DNA from: Candidatus Neomicrothrix sp. UBA814
GTDB lineage: Bacteria; Actinomycetota; Acidimicrobiia; Acidimicrobiales; Poriferisodalaceae
NCBI GenBank assembly: GCA_002296525.1
Contig: DBIA01000035.1
Location: 22,732-86,731, forward strand
Direction of reading: 5' to 3'
Length of the DNA stretch: 64,000 bases
Below the pieces are notes generated by a model. It did not search any database. It was not told where the DNA came from and was given only the letters and a program-made list of their open reading frames with translations. Numbering within the stretch: the first letter of the stretch is position 1; each line of letters begins with the position of its first letter. The position numbers and the translations under genes are program-made. This document shows, in pieces, positions 1-9,286 of the stretch.

Positions 1-2
1 GT

Positions 3-152
3 GACGTGAACGTTGCGGATATCGAAGTTGCTCACTCAACCGAAGGCGCTCAAGGAGTGCTGGTCCTAATCGTAGCGAGGGCAGAAGTTCAGAGATTCCT
101 AGCCGTTCTGGCAGGCCAAGGCTATAAACCAACCACTAGAGAGCTTGCATGA
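3..152 (+). CDS. 3' end of prephenate dehydrogenase-like gene (C-terminal ACT-like regulatory segment); 5' end lies outside the window
   Basis: Frame 3 is open from the window edge: DVNVADIEVAHSTEGAQGVLVLIVARAEVQRFLAVLAGQGYKPTTRELA*. This resembles the C-terminus of actinobacterial TyrA. The TGA stop overlaps the aroA ATG (ATGA at 149-152), and the gene sits next to aroA. Confidence 0.45.
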   Translation, partial: DVNVADIEVAHSTEGAQGVLVLIVARAEVQRFLAVLAGQGYKPTTRELA

Positions 153-2095
153 GTAAGAGCGCGGTTATGACTCCTTTCGGCGCCGCAGGTACTGGCTCCG
201 TGCAAGTGCCTGGCTCTAAAAGCCACACCAATCGGGCATTGCTATGCGCAGCGCTAGCAGAAGGAACCAGCCGATTGTCAGGAGTGCTTTTTGCTGACGA
301 CACCAAAGCGATGCTGGGTGCTATCAAATCCTTAGGAGTCGAAGTCGAAGAAAACCCTTCGGAGTTGACTCTGGAAATAACTGGGTTGGGTGGGCGACCT
401 CGCTTAAATGAATCGGTTATCGACTGTAGATCCTCGGGAACAACCTCACGGTTCCTCCTGCCGGTTCTCGCCACCGGTCACGGTCCGGCCACGCTAGACG
501 GAAGTCAACAATTACGCTCTCGACCCTTTGCGGAGCAGATAGCAGCTTTAAGGTCGCTCGGATGCAGTCTGGAGGAAACAGCAGCACAGGGCGGCCTACC
601 AATCAAGATTCAAGCTGACGGTCTCGCGGGCGGCGAGGTTGAGATAACTGCAGACACCAGCAGCCAATTCGTTAGTGGCCTCTTGATGGCAGCCCCCCTA
701 TGTGACGAGGGTTTAACGCTGAAGCTGTTGGGCACACCTGTCAGCCGCCCTTACATCGACATGACCATCGAGGTGATGAGAGATTTCGGGATTGAAGTAA
801 CCAATCTGGATGAATCGACATATGTTGTTCCACCCAGCGGATATAGGGCTACTGCGCTTGAAATTGAACCAGATGCGACGGCAGCGTCCTATTTCTTTGG
901 TGCCGCAGTGATCACCCAAGGCAAAGTCCGCGTCGACGGGCTTGATGAACGAAGTATTCAAGGCGACATTCAATTCGTGAGCGTGCTCGAAGATCTCGGA
1001 GCAAAAGTAACTTGGGGCGACAGATTCATCGAAGTTGAAGGGGACCATATAGGCGGCGGAAGTTTTGACTTGCGACATTTCTCTGACACGGCACAGACAC
1101 TGGCGGCAGTCGCAGCGTTCGCTGATTCAGAGGTCGAGATCACTGGCATCGGTTTCATTCGAGCTAAGGAAACAAACCGGCTAACGGCTATGACCACTGA
1201 GCTTTCTAAGTGCGGTGTCGAAATAATCGAAAAGCCCGATGGTTTGCTGGTGCGTCCAAACAAATGGCTTCTCAGGGGCGCAACCATCAATACATACGAC
1301 GATCACCGAATGGCTATGTCCATGTCTCTTCTCGGGCTTCGTGTACCCCGAATGGAGGTTCTCGACCCCGATTGTGTAAACAAAACCTTTCCTGAGTTTT
1401 TTGACCGGCTTGAAGAACTTCGACCAAGAGCGCAAGAACGTTCAGGCGTTACGTCTGTCATAGCTATAGACGGCCCTGCGGGTTCGGGTAAATCGACGGT
1501 GGCGCAGCGCTTAGCCGCAGAGCTTCATTTGCCACATTTTGACACTGGGGCGATGTATCGAGCCGTAGCAGTTGCAGCAGTGAGGGCAGGGGTCGACATA
1601 GAGGACGCTGACGCAGTTACCAAATTGGCGAGAGAGACGAACATCGAAATTCACGAGCGAATCCTTATCGACGGCGTCGACGCAACAGAAGACATCAGAA
1701 GCGCGGATGCCAACCAAATGGTTAGCGTCGTCGCAGCAAATACCCAGGTGAGACAAGTGTTGGTGCCAAGACAAAGGGAGTGGGCAACCAGTCTTGGAGG
1801 AGGAGTCATGGAAGGTAGGGATATAGGGACAGAGGTCTTCCCGGATGCCCTACTCAAGGTGTTCCTTACCGCCGATTTATCGATAAGAGCGGAGCGGCGT
1901 TTCAACGAAAGCTCAGAACAAACCTTGGAATCTGTCTTAGAGGACCTGAAACGCAGAGACCAGATCGACTCTACGCGACAAGACTCTCCGTTATTGGTAG
2001 CTCCAGGCGCCATTATCTTCGACTCAAGTGGCTTGAGTATTGAAGACGTGGTGTCTGATCTCGCAACAATTTTCCGCGGTTTGGTAGCTGGCTAA
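149..2095 (+). CDS. aroA/cmk: bifunctional 3-phosphoshikimate 1-carboxyvinyltransferase (EPSP synthase) / cytidylate kinase fusion
   Basis: 648 aa in a single frame. The N-terminal ~430 aa carry EPSPS motifs (VPGSKSHTNRALL, DDHRMAMS). The C-terminal ~215 aa are a complete Cmk (IAIDGPAGSGKSTVA P-loop, FDTGAMYRA). Confidence 0.9.
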   Translation: MSKSAVMTPFGAAGTGSVQVPGSKSHTNRALLCAALAEGTSRLSGVLFADDTKAMLGAIKSLGVEVEENPSELTLEITGLGGRPRLNESVIDCRSSGTTSRFLLPVLATGHGPATLDGSQQLRSRPFAEQIAALRSLGCSLEETAAQGGLPIKIQADGLAGGEVEITADTSSQFVSGLLMAAPLCDEGLTLKLLGTPVSRPYIDMTIEVMRDFGIEVTNLDESTYVVPPSGYRATALEIEPDATAASYFFGAAVITQGKVRVDGLDERSIQGDIQFVSVLEDLGAKVTWGDRFIEVEGDHIGGGSFDLRHFSDTAQTLAAVAAFADSEVEITGIGFIRAKETNRLTAMTTELSKCGVEIIEKPDGLLVRPNKWLLRGATINTYDDHRMAMSMSLLGLRVPRMEVLDPDCVNKTFPEFFDRLEELRPRAQERSGVTSVIAIDGPAGSGKSTVAQRLAAELHLPHFDTGAMYRAVAVAAVRAGVDIEDADAVTKLARETNIEIHERILIDGVDATEDIRSADANQMVSVVAANTQVRQVLVPRQREWATSLGGGVMEGRDIGTEVFPDALLKVFLTADLSIRAERRFNESSEQTLESVLEDLKRRDQIDSTRQDSPLLVAPGAIIFDSSGLSIEDVVSDLATIFRGLVAG

Positions 2096-2826
2096 TGGGA
2101 ACCACCAATATGAACGAAGACCAAAGAACCCACTGGTACAACCGTTTCATGTACCGACTCCTCAAATATTTGCTCTGGGGTGTCTTCAAATTGTGGAACC
2201 GAATCACGATCGAGGGCGTCGAAAACATTCCGGCGGGAGCTTGTGTTTGGGCCCCTAATCACCGTAGCTACATCGATACCCCGCTGCAGGCGTGCGTACC
2301 TCGCCGATTGAGATTTATGGGTAAGGAGTCCATGTGGAAAAATCGCTTTTTTGGGTGGCTGTTCACAACGATCGGATGTTTCCCCGTAAGTCGGGGTAGC
2401 GCTGATCGAGCCGCTCTGGTCACGGCGCTAGGAGTTCTGGAAAGTGGAACCGATGCGGTAGTCGCCTTCCCTGAAGGCGAGCGAAAAGACGGGCCTCGAG
2501 TCTTTCCATTATTTGACGGTGCTGCGTATTTGGCTACCAAAACTCAAGTTCCCATCGTGCCTGTGGGAATCGGCGGAACAGCTAAGGCGATGCCCAGAGG
2601 TTCCAAGTTCTTATATCCCAGACGCATCCACGTCATCATTGGGAAGCCGATACCCCCTCCACCCTTGAATGACAAGGGTCGGCTCTCCCGCAACGAAGTG
2701 AGAGCTACGACTGAAACGCTGCGCGAGGAAATCCAGACCCTATTCGATCGAGCTCAAGTTGTATGCGGGGACCCAAACGTCTACGACCCCGATATGAAGT
2801 TAGAGAGCGAAAAAGAAGGGGATTGA
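2095..2826 (+). CDS. plsC: 1-acyl-sn-glycerol-3-phosphate acyltransferase
   Basis: Has the acyltransferase HX4D motif (NHRSYID) and an FPEGER block. The start overlaps the aroA/cmk stop (TAATG). Confidence 0.85.
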   Translation: MGTTNMNEDQRTHWYNRFMYRLLKYLLWGVFKLWNRITIEGVENIPAGACVWAPNHRSYIDTPLQACVPRRLRFMGKESMWKNRFFGWLFTTIGCFPVSRGSADRAALVTALGVLESGTDAVVAFPEGERKDGPRVFPLFDGAAYLATKTQVPIVPVGIGGTAKAMPRGSKFLYPRRIHVIIGKPIPPPPLNDKGRLSRNEVRATTETLREEIQTLFDRAQVVCGDPNVYDPDMKLESEKEGD

Positions 2827-2836
2827 AACACAGGCT

Positions 2837-3871
2837 CTAGTTAGAGAGAGAGGCCAGCACTTCACTGGCGGCGGTCTCTCGGTCAAGAGGCGCCATCCGA
2901 GCGTCGTGGGGCACCGCAAGTAGTGCATATACGGCAGTCTCCAAAGCGGACAGCAGTTCGCGAAGTTCCCTGGGTGGCGGAAAGTACTCGTCTTCATCAG
3001 TGATCTTGAGTTCCTCGACACCCGCTCGAGGCGACAATTTCTCAATTACGGCTTCGACAAGCTCCTCTGGGGCAGAAGCACCAGCGGTCACTCCCACAAT
3101 CCCTTGAAGGTCGGATGGGAGTTCGTCAGCAGAATTAATGCGATACACATGAGAGCATCCCGAGCTCTCGGCTAATTGTGCGAGGGCCATAGTGTTGGAC
3201 GAGTTAGCTGACCCGATGACTATTACTGCATCACACCGCTCGGCTATCGCTGAGAGAGCCGACTGCCGGTTTGTTGTTGCGAAACATAGGTCGCTTCTCC
3301 CGGGCATCCACACATCAGGGAATCTTTCCCTAGTCGCTTCCAAAACACCTTGCCAATCTCTATGGCTAAGCGTGGTTTGAGCCAACATAGCTATAGGCGC
3401 ATCAAACTCAGGTAGTTCGTCAACCTGAGTCGTATCTTCAACAAGGTGTATGTGATCGGGGGCGACGGCCACTGTCCCCGCAGCTTCCTCATGTCCTTCA
3501 TGGCCGACATAAACAATCTGATATCCCTTCGATGAACGAACGCGAACCTCGTGATGAACCTTAGTTACGAGCGGGCAGACAGCATCCACCACATACCCAC
3601 CGCGGTTTTTTGCCTCCAAGACCACTTCAGGTGCTGAACCATGAGCGGAAAGCATCAGAGGCCGGCCTTCTGGTACTTCTGTCACGTCATCGACGAATAC
3701 AACTCCCAGTCGCCGAAAACGATCTACGACTAAGCGGTTATGAACAATTTCGTGGTAGCAGTACACCGGTGGATCGAACGCCCTCACCATCCAAGCAAGA
3801 GCTTTGATTGCCATCTCGACCCCAGCACAAAAACCCCTTGGAGAAGCCAACAGAACCTGCTCAACGCTCAC
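2837..3871 (-). CDS. ispH: 4-hydroxy-3-methylbut-2-enyl diphosphate reductase
   Basis: N-terminus LLASPRGFCAGVEMAIKAL, with conserved Cys positions and the HNxxVV block typical of IspH/LytB. Confidence 0.9.
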   Translation of the reverse strand: MSVEQVLLASPRGFCAGVEMAIKALAWMVRAFDPPVYCYHEIVHNRLVVDRFRRLGVVFVDDVTEVPEGRPLMLSAHGSAPEVVLEAKNRGGYVVDAVCPLVTKVHHEVRVRSSKGYQIVYVGHEGHEEAAGTVAVAPDHIHLVEDTTQVDELPEFDAPIAMLAQTTLSHRDWQGVLEATRERFPDVWMPGRSDLCFATTNRQSALSAIAERCDAVIVIGSANSSNTMALAQLAESSGCSHVYRINSADELPSDLQGIVGVTAGASAPEELVEAVIEKLSPRAGVEELKITDEDEYFPPPRELRELLSALETAVYALLAVPHDARMAPLDRETAASEVLASLSN

Positions 3872-3939
3872 GAAACTGAGGTTATCTGCTTGAGCTTGGT
3901 TGCCGGGCGTCTGCCCGGCGCACCCGTATCCTAAAGAAC

Positions 3940-5388
3940 ATGTCGTTTCCCCTAATCGCTGAGGTGATCCCCGGTAGCGCAGCAGATATCGCTGGCTTAT
4001 TGCCGGGTGATGAGATTGTCGCGATTGATGGAGAGGTACCCACCGATGTCATTCGCTGGCAAGTACTTGTCGACGAGGCAGACCCAATTCTTAGCTTGCA
4101 GCGAGGTGGCTTAGAGCTGGAAATCGAAGTTCAGAAGGGCGCCGGCGAGCCGCTAGGCGCTCAAGTGGAGGCTTCAATTTTCGATCGCGTCAGGACTTGT
4201 GACAACCACTGCGAATTCTGTTTTATTTACCAGCTGCCAAAAGGGATGCGACGAAGTCTCTACCTAAAAGATGACGATTACCGACTGTCGTTTCTGTATG
4301 GCAATTTCACCACCCTCACCCGATTCACCGAAGCTGATCTAGAACGCGTTGTTTCTGAACGCCTCTCTCCGCTCTACGTGTCCATTCATTCGACCGATCC
4401 GGCTCTCCGGAGTCGAATATTGAAGAACCCTCGAGGCGGGTACAGTTTGCGATGGTTACGAGCATTGCTTGACTTCGGCATCGAAATTCATGGTCAAGTC
4501 GTCGTTTGTCCGGGAATTAATGACGGCAACGAACTCGATGACACGCTCTTGGGAGTCCTAGACCAATTTCCTGAACTTCAATCTCTGGCGGTGGTGCCAC
4601 TGGGAGTAAGTGACTACAACACCGAACCGGCAATGCGACCTCACAGCGAACAAGAAGCGCGCAGAGTTCTTGAGATTGTCCACCTTTGGCAGGAGCGTTA
4701 CACCAAAACCTTGGATCGCAGACTCGTTTATGCGGCCGACGAGTACTACCTGTTAGCAGGTGAGGCATTCCCCAAAGCTGAAAGCTATGGAGACTTCGCT
4801 ATGCATGAAGACGGCATAGGAATGGCGAGGGCCTTCGAATTGGAGTTCACGTCTGAGTCTGATTCGACGATAGGGACCCGGTCCGGTTTCTTTCAATGGG
4901 TAGATGGCGCTCCGCCAGAGGGCTATCGGAGCCTTCGCTCTTCTCAGGGTTCTAATCGCTCAGGGGAAGTACCGACTAATTCGAATCGTGTAACGACCGA
5001 AATCAACCTGCTCGGCATAAAGCCGAAGAGGAATGCTCCGATTGCAATTCTTACTGGTGAATACGGGGCACAAGTCCTAAACCCGCTGATCGCAGACCTA
5101 GATAGAAGTGATGTTCGCATTATCGAAGTTAAGAACAAATTCTTCGGTGGCAACATAAAGGTCACAGGGCTCATGGCGGGCGTAGATGTGCAAACCGCTC
5201 TGGGTTTAGAACCCGAAGGTCATCGATACTTACTTCCTGATGTTTGCCTCAACAACGGCAAGTTTCTAGACGGAGTAAGCGTTGAGGAGCTACCGAAACT
5301 CGTTGAAATTGTCCCGACTAACGGCGCTGACTTACGACTCGCGCTAGAGGGTCGACGAACAAACGAATTACCTGGAGTGGCGTTATGA
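3940..5388 (+). CDS. PDZ domain / radical-SAM-like DUF512 family protein
   Basis: N-terminal PDZ-like segment (GSAADIAGLLPGDEIVAIDG), a CX3CX2C cluster (CDNHCEFC), and the DUF512-type block YLKDDDYRLSFLYGNFTTLT. The stop overlaps the der start. Confidence 0.75.
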   Translation: MSFPLIAEVIPGSAADIAGLLPGDEIVAIDGEVPTDVIRWQVLVDEADPILSLQRGGLELEIEVQKGAGEPLGAQVEASIFDRVRTCDNHCEFCFIYQLPKGMRRSLYLKDDDYRLSFLYGNFTTLTRFTEADLERVVSERLSPLYVSIHSTDPALRSRILKNPRGGYSLRWLRALLDFGIEIHGQVVVCPGINDGNELDDTLLGVLDQFPELQSLAVVPLGVSDYNTEPAMRPHSEQEARRVLEIVHLWQERYTKTLDRRLVYAADEYYLLAGEAFPKAESYGDFAMHEDGIGMARAFELEFTSESDSTIGTRSGFFQWVDGAPPEGYRSLRSSQGSNRSGEVPTNSNRVTTEINLLGIKPKRNAPIAILTGEYGAQVLNPLIADLDRSDVRIIEVKNKFFGGNIKVTGLMAGVDVQTALGLEPEGHRYLLPDVCLNNGKFLDGVSVEELPKLVEIVPTNGADLRLALEGRRTNELPGVAL

Positions 5389-6713
5389 CAGCTAACACGG
5401 CGTTACCGGTCGTATCTATCGTGGGGCGGCCCAACGTAGGAAAGTCAACGTTGTTTAATCGCATTCTTGGTAGACGAGAGGCGATTGTAGAAGAGCGGCC
5501 AGGCGTTACTCGAGACAGAAAGGCCCTCGAAGCTGAATGGCTCGGAACCCATTTCGAACTAGTGGATACCGGCGGCTGGATGCCATCGGGCAATGAGCTT
5601 GACGACAAAGTTTCTGCTCAGAGCGAAAAAGCTATCGAGGACTCTGACCTGATTGTTCTAGTGGTCGACGGCACGACAGGAATGACCGAAGAAGATGGTC
5701 GTGTCGCGTCACTCCTGAGGCGTGCCGATGTGGCGGTTCTCCTCGTGGTCAACAAAATCGACAGCCCCCTTCGAGATGTCGATATTTGGGAATTCTTATC
5801 CCTCGGGTTGGGAGACCCTCTGGGCGTTTCGGCCTTGCATAGTCGCAACACTGGGGATCTCCTCGATCAAATTATTGGCGCGTTGCCTGCTGCGGAACCT
5901 GAGTCGCCAGATGATGTTGAAGAGGAAGAAGTTTCGAATGTCGACGAAATTCCCGGAGTGGCAATCGTAGGCCGACCCAACGTCGGAAAGTCGACCTTGT
6001 TTAATCGCCTCATTGGAGACGACCGTTCGGTTGTGCATGACATGCCAGGCACGACTCGTGATGCAATAGACACAGTGGTCGAGACAGAACTTGGTCCGCT
6101 GCGATTTATCGATACGGCAGGAATGCGAAGAAAAGCTCGCGTTGACGACGACACTGAGTACTACTCCAATCTGAGGGCCCTACGAGCGATTGATAAAGCG
6201 GATGTGGCATTACTCGTAATTGATGCGACCGAAGGGGTTACTACTCAGGATCAACGTTTGGCAGAACGTGTTGACGCAGCAGGCTGCCCCATAGTGGTCC
6301 TCCTCAACAAATGGGAGATGGTCGAACAGGAAGAAAAAGACGAATTGATGTACCAGATTGGCCGACGCCTTCACTTTTTAGGTGAATCTCCAGTTCTGAG
6401 AATTAGCGCGCTTACCGGTCGCGGGGTTCACCGTCTTGTTTCAGCGCTGGAAGCCGCGATTGATGCTTATGAAACGCGCGTGCCCACTCGTAAAGTCAAC
6501 GAGGTAATCCAGCTAGCGCAGTCTGCGCAACCGGCTCCTCACGGAGGTCGTGTTTTGTACGCAACGCAAGGAGCAGCGCACCCGCCAACCTTCACTCTCT
6601 TCACCAATAAAGAGTTACCTTCGAGCTACGTGCGGTACCTTGAGCGAAGATTACGAGAAGAGTTCTCGTTGGGTGCCACACCCATAAAGATCCGACTTCG
6701 TAGACGGGGATAA
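5385..6713 (+). CDS. der: ribosome-biogenesis GTPase Der (EngA), double GTPase domain
   Basis: Two G-domains, each with GRPNVGKSTLFNR, plus DTGG/DTAG and NKxD motifs and a C-terminal KH-like domain. Confidence 0.95.
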   Translation: MTANTALPVVSIVGRPNVGKSTLFNRILGRREAIVEERPGVTRDRKALEAEWLGTHFELVDTGGWMPSGNELDDKVSAQSEKAIEDSDLIVLVVDGTTGMTEEDGRVASLLRRADVAVLLVVNKIDSPLRDVDIWEFLSLGLGDPLGVSALHSRNTGDLLDQIIGALPAAEPESPDDVEEEEVSNVDEIPGVAIVGRPNVGKSTLFNRLIGDDRSVVHDMPGTTRDAIDTVVETELGPLRFIDTAGMRRKARVDDDTEYYSNLRALRAIDKADVALLVIDATEGVTTQDQRLAERVDAAGCPIVVLLNKWEMVEQEEKDELMYQIGRRLHFLGESPVLRISALTGRGVHRLVSALEAAIDAYETRVPTRKVNEVIQLAQSAQPAPHGGRVLYATQGAAHPPTFTLFTNKELPSSYVRYLERRLREEFSLGATPIKIRLRRRG

Positions 6714-6767
6714 ACTCTTGCCGCAACAGTTTGGCTATGGGGCCGATTCGATGATCGAATATCGGCC

Positions 6768-6977
6768 ATGACCTGGTGCGAGGCCTGCGACCGTGATGTT
6801 GACTTAGGTCTCTTGACCGAGAACGGCGATTGTCCAGCTTGCGGAAACTGGCTGGCTGACCCCAAAGGAGCCGGATCGGTCCCTTGGCATTTCTGGCTTG
6901 TGTTGGTGGGCGCAGTGATCTACCTGGGATGGCGAGCTTTGCAAGGAATTTACTGGGGACTACAACAGATAGGTTGA
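6768..6977 (+). CDS. small zinc-ribbon membrane protein (hypothetical)
   Basis: 69 aa. CEAC...CPAC zinc-ribbon pattern followed by one hydrophobic helix (WHFWLVLVGAVIYLGW). No family recognised. Confidence 0.4.
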   Translation: MTWCEACDRDVDLGLLTENGDCPACGNWLADPKGAGSVPWHFWLVLVGAVIYLGWRALQGIYWGLQQIG

Positions 6978-7030
6978 GGTGCCCAGGAGTTGCGGATCGG
7001 TGGCATAGCCCCTGTATCGTGACGTCGTCG

Positions 7031-7105
7031 CGGGCTGTGGCGCAGTTTGGTTAGCGCACTGGTCTGGGGGACCAGGGGTCGGAGGTTCAAATCCTCTCAG
7101 CCCGA
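7031..7105 (+). tRNA. tRNA-Pro (anticodon GGG)
   Basis: Hand-folded cloverleaf. Acceptor CGGGCTG/CAGCCCG, D-arm GCGC/GCGC, anticodon stem CTGGT/ACCAG with loop CT-GGG-GG, T-arm GGAGG-TTCAAAT-CCTCT, discriminator A. CCA is not encoded directly after it. Confidence 0.85.
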
Positions 7106-7110
7106 CACCA

Positions 7111-7144
7111 ATGTGATCCGTCTCCTCTTGGAGGGGGGTCACAT
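7111..7144. terminator. GC-rich hairpin between tRNA-Pro and the 3' end of the LOG gene (possible bidirectional terminator)
   Basis: Outer arms ATGTGA/TCACAT enclose CTCC-TCTT-GGAG and extra C:G pairs. There is no clean U-tract. Confidence 0.3.
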
Positions 7145-7185
7145 TGCTGTGTCTGTGGAGATTGTTCGAAGCTAAACCCAAAGAG

Positions 7186-7770
7186 TCATTTCATCTGAAA
7201 TTTGAGATCTTCAAGAATGCCCAAAACTGATTCCGGCTCCGAAGTTCTGAGGACATGCTTGCGCCACGTGGAGTTCAAAACCCCGCTCGATTCGACTTCA
7301 CCTAAAAACTCTTCGAACTTGTTCCAGAACAGCCCTTGGTCTAACAGCGCTAACGGCAACTGATGAATGCCTAGCTGCGTCCAAAGTAAGAGCTCCACCA
7401 CCTCGTCAAGGGTTCCGAGACCGCCCGGTAGGGCGACAGCGGCGTCGGACAAGCGGAACATCTCTAGCTTTCTCTCGTGCATTGACGAAACTAACCTCAG
7501 GTCGATTTCGCCTCGATGCCGAACGTCTCGCGAAAAGGTGCCCTCAGGGTAGACCCCGATCACCTTCCCGCCCTTGGAGATTGCAGCATCTGCCAGAACG
7601 CCCATAAGGCCCGAATCACTCCCACCGAACACAAGCGTTACTTGTTGTTCCGCTAGATGTTCGCCGAGTGCATTAGCAAGGTCGGCAAATTCGTTTACTG
7701 CTCCCAAAGAGGACGCACAAAACACAGCGACTGATGTCACTGATGAGTTTTCCTTCGGCACGGCGGTCAC
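7186..7770 (-). CDS. LOG family protein (TIGR00730; cytokinin riboside 5'-monophosphate phosphoribohydrolase-like)
   Basis: Has the GGSDSGLMG and PGGLGTLDEVVE motifs characteristic of the LOG / lysine-decarboxylase-like family. Confidence 0.85.
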   Translation of the reverse strand: MTAVPKENSSVTSVAVFCASSLGAVNEFADLANALGEHLAEQQVTLVFGGSDSGLMGVLADAAISKGGKVIGVYPEGTFSRDVRHRGEIDLRLVSSMHERKLEMFRLSDAAVALPGGLGTLDEVVELLLWTQLGIHQLPLALLDQGLFWNKFEEFLGEVESSGVLNSTWRKHVLRTSEPESVLGILEDLKFQMK

Positions 7771-7877
7771 CTGCTTGAAGAAGACAGGGCAATTAGCTCC
7801 GCGGTCTGAAAGTAGTTGCTTTCCAGTTCCTGAGGGTCCCTGCGTAAGATCGAAAATTGAAGCGTTCTCATTTTGAA

Positions 7878-9089
7878 CTAACCGTCCATTTCTTGAGCTA
7901 AATCAAGAGCCTGACTCCACTGGCCACGCGCCATCAGCAAGCGCCGGTATTGGACGAACGGCCGCATACTGTTCAGCGCCATCACTCCTGCAAGGTGCTC
8001 ACCTTTCCTATAGCCGACTACGAAAGCTTCTTCGTCTCCCGAACCTATTAGAAAAGAAACTTCGTCGAAGCCACCAGTGTCGCCTGCAATTTGAATGCGA
8101 TCTTCGTATTGGTCCGACCAAACAAAGGGGACTGAGTCGTAAGGAGTGCTATCGGCGGGTTGCAGCAAGTTCTTAGCAGCGAGAGCGGCGTGCTCAGTAG
8201 CCGTGGTCCAGTGCTCGGTTCTTAAAGGCCCACCGCCCATCCACTGATTAGGAACTCGAGCTACATCACCTGCGGCGTAAACTCCAGGAATTCCTGCATT
8301 GAGGCTCGCATCGCAGACAACCCCATCGTCGATCGTTAGGCCAGAGTCGTTCAGCCATTCTGTGTTGGGAGTGGCGCCAACACCAACCACTACTAAATCT
8401 GCTGCGATCCGGCTGCCGTCAGACAGCTGAACCTCCTCCACAGTTTGACTTCCATAAAAATCTTGGACCTGAACGCCGACCCGCAAGTTGACTCCGTGGG
8501 ATTCGTGAAGCTGTCCGCAAGCAGAGCCAACCTCAAGGCCCAACCCGCGCATTAGAGGAGCCCCACCAGCTTCGATGATCGAAACCTCGCATCCATGATG
8601 TCGAGCTGCTGCTGCCACCTCGGATCCGATGAACCCCGCACCTACGATGACCACCGACGAACTCGAGTGAAGAGCGGACCGAATGGCTAGTGAATCTTCG
8701 ATGGTCCGGAGAGTGTGAATCCCATCCATGTCATCAGTTTTTAACAATTTTCTTGCGCGGGCCCCAGTAGCGATTATGAGCCCGTCATAAAAAATTTTCT
8801 CGTCACCCACCGTGACCGCGCGTGCAGCAGTGTCGAGTCGCGTCGCTGGCGACCCAAGAATGAGATTTAGATTCAGTTCCGCTAACTCAGAATCAGAAAC
8901 CAGGGTGAGTTCGCCCGGGTCCTGTTCACTGCTGAGCATTGTTTTCGATAATGGCGGACGATCATATGGGAGATGCTTTTCTGCACCCACAAGGGTCAAG
9001 TTGCCCTCGAAGTTCGCTCGGCGAAGATTTTGACAGATACGAAGACCAGCCAGCGATGCGCCGACGACCACTATTTCCTTCACGCCCAT
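7878..9089 (-). CDS. NAD(P)/FAD-dependent oxidoreductase (ferredoxin/rubredoxin reductase-like)
   Basis: Two Rossmann GxGxxG motifs (VVVGASLAG, VIVGAGFIGSE) and the AAGDVA motif. I chose the internal ATG at 9089 (AGGTG just upstream) because the first Rossmann fold begins right after it. The ORF-track extension to 9356 has no homology-like features. Confidence 0.8.
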   Translation of the reverse strand: MGVKEIVVVGASLAGLRICQNLRRANFEGNLTLVGAEKHLPYDRPPLSKTMLSSEQDPGELTLVSDSELAELNLNLILGSPATRLDTAARAVTVGDEKIFYDGLIIATGARARKLLKTDDMDGIHTLRTIEDSLAIRSALHSSSSVVIVGAGFIGSEVAAAARHHGCEVSIIEAGGAPLMRGLGLEVGSACGQLHESHGVNLRVGVQVQDFYGSQTVEEVQLSDGSRIAADLVVVGVGATPNTEWLNDSGLTIDDGVVCDASLNAGIPGVYAAGDVARVPNQWMGGGPLRTEHWTTATEHAALAAKNLLQPADSTPYDSVPFVWSDQYEDRIQIAGDTGGFDEVSFLIGSGDEEAFVVGYRKGEHLAGVMALNSMRPFVQYRRLLMARGQWSQALDLAQEMDG

Positions 9090-9256
9090 CACCTCGTGGT
9101 GAAACGATACCCGCCAGTTGAGCCGTACAGATGAAAGCTCCAAAAGACGAGAAAATGACCACGTAGGGTGACGACCACTGACGCCCCTGCGGCTTAAGAA
9201 ACATAAATCATTCAATAATTGGGCTTGCGCGCGAGCAAAGAGACCGGTACAGATGC

Positions 9257-9286
9257 TTGACAACGTTGTAACTACACGGGTGTAAT
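9257..9286 (+). promoter_or_regulatory. candidate sigma-70-type promoter for nrdAB with overlapping palindromic operators
   Basis: TTGACA (9257-9262), an 18-nt spacer, then TGTAAT (9281-9286). A perfect palindrome ACAACGTTGT (9260-9269) and an inverted repeat TACAC-GG-GTGTA (9273-9284) sit on the spacer and -10. Confidence 0.3.

Noticed and set aside
6960-7181. 73-aa minus-strand ORF
   Set aside because: It overlaps tRNA-Pro and the following hairpin, and no coding signal is visible.
6977-7186. tRNA-Pro as an integration hotspot or genomic-island border
   Set aside because: I saw no integrase, direct repeat of the tRNA 3' end, or phage- or plasmid-like genes on either side.
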